Below are positions 59,701 through 64,000 of a stretch of 64,000 nucleotides of DNA, piece by piece. Location: the NCBI GenBank assembly GCA_020721805.1, contig DYMB01000001.1, positions 43,261 to 107,260 of the forward strand. The letters run 5' to 3'. A model generated the notes under the pieces. That model was not told where the DNA came from and searched no databases. It saw only the letters and a list, made by a program, of their open reading frames with translations. Each line of letters opens with the position of its first letter. Position 1 is the stretch's first letter. The translations under genes and the position numbers were made by a program. Source of the DNA: Acetofilamentum sp. (GTDB lineage Bacteria; Hydrothermota; 32-111).

Positions 59701-60395
59701 ATAACTTTTCTAAACTCTCCATCATTCTTCAATTCTGATATGATTTCAGGGAAAAATTTTGAATTTAAACTTTTAAAGGAAAAAATAACTGATTTCTCAA
59801 CTTTTCTATTTTCGGATTCAATTTTTTTATCATCTATTACGATATAATTTTCCTTGATCTCTTTAACTTTATCGTTTTCTATTAGATCTATCAATTCTTT
59901 ATCTACTTTGATAACCGATGTTTCTTGAGTATGCTGAATCTTTATGGCATCGTTTATACCCTTACCTTTGAAATAGTAGATGAATTTTTCATTGTTGAAG
60001 ATCCCCCATTCTATTGTGCCATGTGATATTCCGATTCTTATATTCAACCTTATGTTTTCTCTTCTGTTAAAAGAGGAAAAGATTTCAAGTATGTTTTTTG
60101 ATATTTTCAAAATATCATCAAAAGATTTTTCTTTGTCGAAAACAGCCAGAAATGCATCACCTGCAAAAGATGTTATGAAACCACCATTCTGATAGATTAC
60201 ATTTGTAACATTCCCAAATGTCTTGTTTAAAATATTCCCAAGAATTTCAGCACCATCTTTGCCTTTTAACATTAAACTCTCAACCATAGGTGTAAAATTC
60301 TCAATATCACCACTTACGACAAAACCATAAAAAGAGCCTTCATAATTTTTTTGATCAATTTTTTCCTGTATGAATAATGGTATAAGATTTCTCAT
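56745..60395 (-). CDS. Multidomain signalling protein: tandem class III nucleotidyl cyclase domains + STAND/AAA_16 NTPase + TPR array
   Basis: 1216 aa. Domain 1 has FVVSGDIENFT and TSFAGDAFLAVF (both metal Asps). Domain 2 has NKVEFGDKGG (Lys) and IGLDYGTTYAGYIGSPYWQEYTVIGDIVNTSARIAS (Asn, Arg). The NTPase has INIVGESGTGKT (Walker A) and VAIIFDDFMWAD (Walker B). The C-terminal roughly 450 aa hold about 10 TPRs. Confidence 0.8.
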   Translation of the reverse strand: MRNLIPLFIQEKIDQKNYEGSFYGFVVSGDIENFTPMVESLMLKGKDGAEILGNILNKTFGNVTNVIYQNGGFITSFAGDAFLAVFDKEKSFDDILKISKNILEIFSSFNRRENIRLNIRIGISHGTIEWGIFNNEKFIYYFKGKGINDAIKIQHTQETSVIKVDKELIDLIENDKVKEIKENYIVIDDKKIESENRKVEKSVIFSFKSLNSKFFPEIISELKNDGEFRKVIPVFINFPFELQKNKLNIFFETIDKYSSMYSGYLNKVEFGDKGGMALIIFGAPYTQEDMIERAIACSMKIFDQLKLSDIETTIGLDYGTTYAGYIGSPYWQEYTVIGDIVNTSARIASLKKSKVIVSERIVEETKRFNFDDGEILSLKGKEKRIKIYYVESIKTKGDLDFISPFIERQNLKEKIEKFLNVIEEKKICGVINIVGESGTGKTRFSLETFSRLDFELLYTSSDPVIKEPLITVKYLYENIIGKNFSEKLSSRKNLIENFSKKYSDLYGIDFQQTFSFLLYFFNHEETDLIKNLSAREKLEGTFFTLKSILYRTIVDRKVAIIFDDFMWADQETIDFILYLLRDPYEFKNVPFIFLYREENENIKKLKNLNCDSILLKLDNFNFENVKSFLEKFFKSEISKELLNILWQKSEGNPLFLEQLSVHLLNNNLLLNSNGTIILKEKNYDIPSNIDRLILSRLDSLSALTRDGIQKASIIGKEFEILLLSYLVEKNSLETILSEAEKNKIITVIAHKNAVFRHILLYEITYKMQLKKILIKLHKKIGKLYESLFKDNLINYYETLYHHFSKANVKNKARFYLRKSIEKDMDSFSNENALKLIDLYLKYNIKREEKIEFSIKKAEILSHIGRYWDSIKEYKQILKVKNLKQKDKIIIYKGIGNSFWSMGNYKEALSIYQKSLKMAMNKKDKNQICDILEKIGLVYYNKGDYSKSKDIFNSALKYSSKKEKRYSIYSNIGLVMFRQGDYNKAMEYYSRSLDFARKTNNLSNQALFYLRIGLINYEKQEYEKALHHYFLSLDLNRKTGNRRNEGVTLGNIGTVYNEMGDTQKALFYLFEALKIDKEINNLENESIVLGNIANIFGSKGEWESSLKYYKDALEVDRKIGSKWSEAIDLGNIGQLFKLQKKYKEADQHLKKCIKIIREMNARYPLSHFLYHRALLLFEMNKTSLSLNLAKESLRIAKKLKKGNLIKSCQELIDRVGH

Positions 60396-60402
60396 ATTTA
60401 CA

Positions 60403-60428
60403 AGAGGGGGTAAATCCCCCTCTTTTTA
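60403..60428. terminator. GC-rich hairpin (AGAGGGGG-TAAAT-CCCCCTCT) between the lipoprotein gene and the cyclase-STAND gene
   Basis: 8-bp perfect stem. A T-run follows on the + strand only; on the - strand it lies just downstream of the lipoprotein stop. A likely terminator or attenuator. Confidence 0.4.
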
Positions 60429-60436
60429 GTTTTAAA

Positions 60437-61459
60437 TTACTTTTTTGTCTGAGGAAAAGGTGTTTGTGGATTCAGTAAAATCGTATCCGCTGAACCATCA
60501 GGGAAAGTTGCTATCATAATTGAAATATGAGTTGCATCCTCTGGATTATAAGTATAACCGGAAATATCCGCAGCATGAACCTTCTTGTATAAAAGTTCAC
60601 CCGTAAAATCAGTCTTTTCATAATGCTGATCGACGATTTCAGTCTCTTGTGTTGTTAAAGTCAAAAACCATCCTTTTTTTGTTTCCTCTGTAAATTTTAG
60701 AGTTGAATCCGAATTCATTTTTACAGTGTATTCAACCCAATCATCGTTGATTATATCATCAATTCTTGTTCTTAGTGAATCAACCAGAACGGTTGTATCA
60801 CCACTTTCATGTCCAACATAATCGAGTTCTAAAGCAACTTCATTCGTGATTTCGAGATGTGCTTGCAAAGAGATTGGTGTGTATTCATTGTAGTTCCAAT
60901 GCGAGATCGTTGTATACTGTGCGTTTATTTTAAGCCACATTAAATCTTTATTATCGCCTGATAAACTTATGTAAAGTTTTGTTGGAGTGCTCTGATTTGG
61001 GTCGCCTGAATAATATATTAAAGAATCAAAGAGTAGACTCATATTATGACTTGTATTAGTTGAATCGATAAATATCCATTTGAAAAGATAACCATTTGCT
61101 GGATTGTCAGGATCGGTTAAAACAAAATCGTATGCTGACGCATCATACTCATAGGTTCCATATCCGAAATTGAAAAAAAATTGAGGGGCTTTTACTATAG
61201 GATTGAATATCCTGTTGAATGAAATCGATGGGAATAAAATCGTGCCCTTGGATGTTCCACCCTTGTTGAAAAAATCTTGACTTGCTGCCGTTGTTAAAGT
61301 GGTATTCTCTCCATCATATTGGGCGGTTGGATTGTTTACTGATCTTTCAAAATCATTCAGGAATGCTTTGGTATCGTCAACACTAACTTTTTGTGGAAGT
61401 AAAGAACATGCTGCTAACACTAATAAAATAATAGTAAAAGAAAACAAAAATTTTTTCAT
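60437..61459 (-). CDS. Hypothetical lipoprotein
   Basis: 340 aa with signal peptide and lipobox LVLAACS. AGGAGG RBS 6 nt upstream. Polar, Thr/Asp/Asn-rich mature part. Confidence 0.6.
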   Translation of the reverse strand: MKKFLFSFTIILLVLAACSLLPQKVSVDDTKAFLNDFERSVNNPTAQYDGENTTLTTAASQDFFNKGGTSKGTILFPSISFNRIFNPIVKAPQFFFNFGYGTYEYDASAYDFVLTDPDNPANGYLFKWIFIDSTNTSHNMSLLFDSLIYYSGDPNQSTPTKLYISLSGDNKDLMWLKINAQYTTISHWNYNEYTPISLQAHLEITNEVALELDYVGHESGDTTVLVDSLRTRIDDIINDDWVEYTVKMNSDSTLKFTEETKKGWFLTLTTQETEIVDQHYEKTDFTGELLYKKVHAADISGYTYNPEDATHISIMIATFPDGSADTILLNPQTPFPQTKK

Positions 61460-61571
61460 AAATTCCTCCTTTTATTTAATTGTATTATTTTAAATTTGAA
61501 ATGTCAATAATATTTTTCAAACAGATTAAGAATCAAAAAATATAACTTTTTATAAAAAAAATAGTTTTAAC

Positions 61572-61600
61572 TTGACAAGTTTTTTTTTTATCAATATAAT
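61572..61600 (+). promoter_or_regulatory. Perfect-consensus sigma70 promoter (TTGACA-N17-TATAAT) driving tRNA-Val
   Basis: TTGACA 61572-61577, 17-nt spacer, TATAAT 61595-61600. The tRNA starts at 61611. Confidence 0.7.
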
Positions 61601-61610
61601 TAAAATTTAA

Positions 61611-61684
61611 GGGCGAATGGCTCAGTTGGTTAGAGCACCGGTCTCACATACCGGAGATCACAGGTTCGAGCCCTGTTTCGCCCA
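61611..61684 (+). tRNA. tRNA-Val (anticodon CAC)
   Basis: GGGCGAATGGCTCAGTTGGTTAGAGCACCGGTCTCACATACCGGAGATCACAGGTTCGAGCCCTGTTTCGCCCA. Anticodon stem CCGGT/ACCGG with loop CTCACAT. Confidence 0.9.
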
Positions 61685-61766
61685 ATTTAATGACTTATGG
61701 CAAAGATAAGTATATTTTCACAAAGGAATTTTAATTGAAAGAAACTATTGAAAATTTTTGTTTTGG

Positions 61767-61796
61767 AAACTTTAAAGGGGAGTGTTATAACACTCC
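61767..61796 (+). terminator. Rho-independent terminator (22-nt perfect palindrome + T7)
   Basis: GGGGAGTGTTATAACACTCCCC followed by TTTTTTT. Confidence 0.75.
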
Positions 61797-61814
61797 CCTT
61801 TTTTATGGAGGTTA

Positions 61815-62540
61815 ATGATGGATCCTGTATATGAACATTTTAAAAAGATAGGAGAGATAGAGGAAAAAATTGAAAAAAATAGAATAAGGATGGGAGATAA
61901 TCCTTTAAAAAGGAGAGAGTTACAGGAAAAATTTGACTTGATAATGGATAAAATAAAAAAGTTGAATCAAGATAAGGAAAAATTGATTCTTGAAAACAAA
62001 GAACTTGAGCAGATGATACTGGTTTTGAGAGATAAAATAAAAGAGGATAAAGATTATCTTTTAACTGTAAAATCTAATGATGAATATATGATGATACTTG
62101 AAGGTATTTCAAATAAAAATAAAAAAATCGCTGAGAGTGAAGAGAAGGTCTTAAAAAATCTTTCAGAAATTGAAAAAATAGAACAGGATATAAATAAATT
62201 AAAAGAAAAAGACTCAACACTTGAAAACTTAAAAAAAGAGATTGAAAAAATAAATGAATTGTTAAAAGATATTGAGAATGAAAACAAAGAATTGGATCTG
62301 GGAAGAGAGAAACTTGTTTCCGAACTTCCTGAAGAATATCAAAAAAAGTATCAAAGAATTTATGAGAAAAGAAAAAAAAGGGTAGTGATACTTGTAAAGG
62401 AACCTTACTGTCTTGGTTGTTATTCATCAATACCAGCACAACTTTTTGAAAAAATTAAATCTATGAAAAAAATAGAGTTTTGTATAAATTGTGGAAGGAT
62501 ACTTATTTATAATAAAAATGAAAGTAACGATAAAATTTGA
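61815..62540 (+). CDS. C4 zinc-ribbon coiled-coil protein (zf-RING_7/DUF164 family)
   Basis: 241 aa. Long coiled coil, then CLGCYSSIPAQLFEKI ... CINCGRILIY. Confidence 0.7.
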   Translation: MMDPVYEHFKKIGEIEEKIEKNRIRMGDNPLKRRELQEKFDLIMDKIKKLNQDKEKLILENKELEQMILVLRDKIKEDKDYLLTVKSNDEYMMILEGISNKNKKIAESEEKVLKNLSEIEKIEQDINKLKEKDSTLENLKKEIEKINELLKDIENENKELDLGREKLVSELPEEYQKKYQRIYEKRKKRVVILVKEPYCLGCYSSIPAQLFEKIKSMKKIEFCINCGRILIYNKNESNDKI

Positions 62541-62925
62541 TGGTGGATGTAAATATAATCCGGGACCCGCTGCCTGTGCATATAAAATAGAGACTCCAGA
62601 AGAAACTTTTACGGGAGGATGTTTTCTAAAAGAGTCAACCAACAATAAGGCGGAATGGGCTGGTTTATTATACTCTTTAAAAAGACTTAGGAGTATGTTC
62701 GATCTTAAGGGTATCGAACTGACAATCTGGTCAGACAGTGAACTTGTTGTCAATCAGCTTTTGAAAAGATATAGAGTAAAAAATGCTGAACTTAAAAAGA
62801 TTTACGATGAGGCATGTGAAATCCTCTCTTTAACAAAGGAATATAAAATCTTTCATATGAGAAGGGAAGAGAATAAAGAAGCCCATAAACTGGTTGAAAA
62901 AGTTTTTAAAGATAATGGATTTTAA
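62518..62925 (+). CDS. rnhA: Ribonuclease HI
   Basis: Trimmed start MKVTIKFDGGCKYNPGPAACAY ... EWAGLLYSL ... TIWSDSELVVNQL ... EENKEAHKL, giving the D, E, D, D catalytic pattern. Confidence 0.85.
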   Translation: MKVTIKFDGGCKYNPGPAACAYKIETPEETFTGGCFLKESTNNKAEWAGLLYSLKRLRSMFDLKGIELTIWSDSELVVNQLLKRYRVKNAELKKIYDEACEILSLTKEYKIFHMRREENKEAHKLVEKVFKDNGF

Positions 62926-62928
62926 ATT

Positions 62929-63321
62929 TTAAAATTCATCGAAAGAGAAAACATTTTCCAGATGTTTGATTGAAAATTTTTTAAAAAGAGTTTTTCCTTT
63001 CGTTATACCTATAAAATCGAATCTAAAATTATAATCGGCGAATTCGGGGTGTTTAAAGACAAAATATTTTGCACAATTATATATTCTTTCCTTTTTGATC
63101 TCCGTTATAGAATCTTCCGGCATTCCTTTTAAAATACTTTCTCTTAATTTTACTTCAACAAAAATTAAATAGTTATCCTTTACACATATAATATCTATTT
63201 CACCACTTCTACCAAATTTAAAATTTTTTTCAATTATTTTAAAACCCCTTAATCTTAAATAGTTGGAAGCTATATTTTCTCCGATTTTTCCTTTGGATTT
63301 ATTTTTAGGATCTTTCACCAA
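62929..63321 (-). CDS. yraN: YraN-family (UPF0102) endonuclease-fold protein
   Basis: 130 aa. GENIASNYLRLRGFKIIEKNFKFGRSGEIDIICVKDNYLIFVEVKLR. Confidence 0.8.
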   Translation of the reverse strand: MVKDPKNKSKGKIGENIASNYLRLRGFKIIEKNFKFGRSGEIDIICVKDNYLIFVEVKLRESILKGMPEDSITEIKKERIYNCAKYFVFKHPEFADYNFRFDFIGITKGKTLFKKFSIKHLENVFSFDEF

Positions 63322-63937
63322 AGATTTTCTCTATGATTTCCTTTACAGGAGTAAAGGTTTTTCTATGGATTTCACATGGACCCTGTTTTAAGATTATCTC
63401 AATATGTTTTGGAGTTGCATAACCTTTATTTGTCTGAAAATCATAATCTGGATATTCCATACCATAAAATTCCATTATTCTATCCCTATGAACTTTGGCT
63501 ACTATTGATGCGGCGGCTATTGAGAAAGATTTTGAATCACCTTTTATTATAGATTCCTGCTCTATCGAGATATTGGGTATAGGGTATCCATCAACGAGTA
63601 TGACATCTGGAACTATTTTCAATCTTACCAGAGCCCTTTTCATAGAAAGATAGGTTGCCTGTAAAATATTTATTTTGTCTATCACGACATTATCCGTATA
63701 AGCGATACCAACAGCTAGTGCATCTTCCATTATTTTCTGATAAAGTTCTTCTCTTTTTTCTGGAGATAATTTTTTAGAATCATCTATTCCATCTATATTT
63801 ACAGTATCCGAAAAAATAACTGCAGCCGAAACAACAGGACCAGCGACAGGACCCCTGCCAGCTTCATCGATTCCAGCTATAAAGTAGCGATTTTTACGCC
63901 ACCACTTTTCTTCATAAATTTTTAAATTTCTTTTCAT
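63305..63937 (-). CDS. rnhB: Ribonuclease HII
   Basis: 210 aa. IAGIDEAGRGPVAGPVV ... SKKLSP ... DSKSFSIAAASIVAK. Confidence 0.9.
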   Translation of the reverse strand: MKRNLKIYEEKWWRKNRYFIAGIDEAGRGPVAGPVVSAAVIFSDTVNIDGIDDSKKLSPEKREELYQKIMEDALAVGIAYTDNVVIDKINILQATYLSMKRALVRLKIVPDVILVDGYPIPNISIEQESIIKGDSKSFSIAAASIVAKVHRDRIMEFYGMEYPDYDFQTNKGYATPKHIEIILKQGPCEIHRKTFTPVKEIIEKIFGERS

Positions 63938-64000
63938 TCTACCTTTAAAGCTGCCTTCCCGGTTCTTTTTCTCATATAGGTTAATTTTGCTCTTCTAACC
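63934..64000 (-). CDS. rplS: Ribosomal protein L19, 3' end (gene continues beyond the window)
   Basis: The minus-strand translation ...VRRAKLTYMRKRTGKAALKVE* matches the L19 C-terminus. The stop overlaps the rnhB start (ATGA). Confidence 0.65.
   Translation of the reverse strand, partial: VRRAKLTYMRKRTGKAALKVE

Noticed and set aside
60403-60428. GC-rich hairpin considered as a regulatory riboswitch or attenuator for the giant cyclase gene
   Set aside because: It is too short (8-bp stem, 5-nt loop) and has no conserved flanking structure. It is simplest to read it as a terminator for the upstream lipoprotein gene, and it is listed as a low-confidence terminator.
1-64000. Mobile elements, prophage or defence islands (transposases, integrases, restriction-modification, toxin-antitoxin)
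   Set aside because: No ORF shows transposase or integrase motifs. There are no long inverted or direct repeats and no abrupt compositional island. The small HTH at 8576 is the only element-like gene and lacks partners.

Overview
This is a gene-dense, very AT-rich (about 30% GC) bacterial chromosomal segment from a diderm organism, judging by the PilQ secretin, FadL-like and lipoprotein genes. No transposase, integrase or CRISPR array is visible; it looks like core chromosome. From 1 to about 45.9 kb almost everything is on the + strand: a uvrD-like 3' end, gatCAB, eno, an ftsB-like gene, tRNA-Val(TAC), an HTH-pilMNOPQ type IV pilus operon, plsY, a TPR/charged protein, efp, pilT, mglA, a tandem DnaA-like AAA+ protein, a PATAN(DUF4388)-TPR protein, cheR-cheD-cheB-TPR-cheW, pgpA, cinA, ligT, recA-recX, SPFH, a radical-SAM gene, a CPA2 antiporter, murA, ispG, a PGDH-like dehydrogenase, an aminotransferase, mscS, glyA and DUF1015. 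At 45.9 kb the genes converge onto a minus-strand block running to 61.5 kb: znuABC-like, rarA, a LUD-domain gene, a Zn-ribbon gene, ptsN, a FadL-like OMP, buk, a CitD-CitE fusion, a GT4 glycosyltransferase, pfkA, tRNA-Ala(CGC), a 1216-aa tandem-cyclase/STAND/TPR protein and a lipoprotein. After that come tRNA-Val(CAC), a zinc-ribbon protein, rnhA, yraN, rnhB and the 3' end of rplS. Four things stand out:
- The pilT-mglA-Frz-like chemosensory module has an MglA small GTPase with no adjacent MglB. MglA is translationally coupled to an unusual protein made of two DnaA-type AAA+ domains (the first degenerate) with no DNA-binding domain.
- The 1216-aa signalling protein has two complementary class III cyclase domains, arranged like an intramolecular C1/C2 pseudo-heterodimer, fused to a STAND NTPase and TPRs.
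- A cluster of DnaA boxes sits in the promoter region of the pilus operon.
- A secreted-protein gene is split at an A8 tract.
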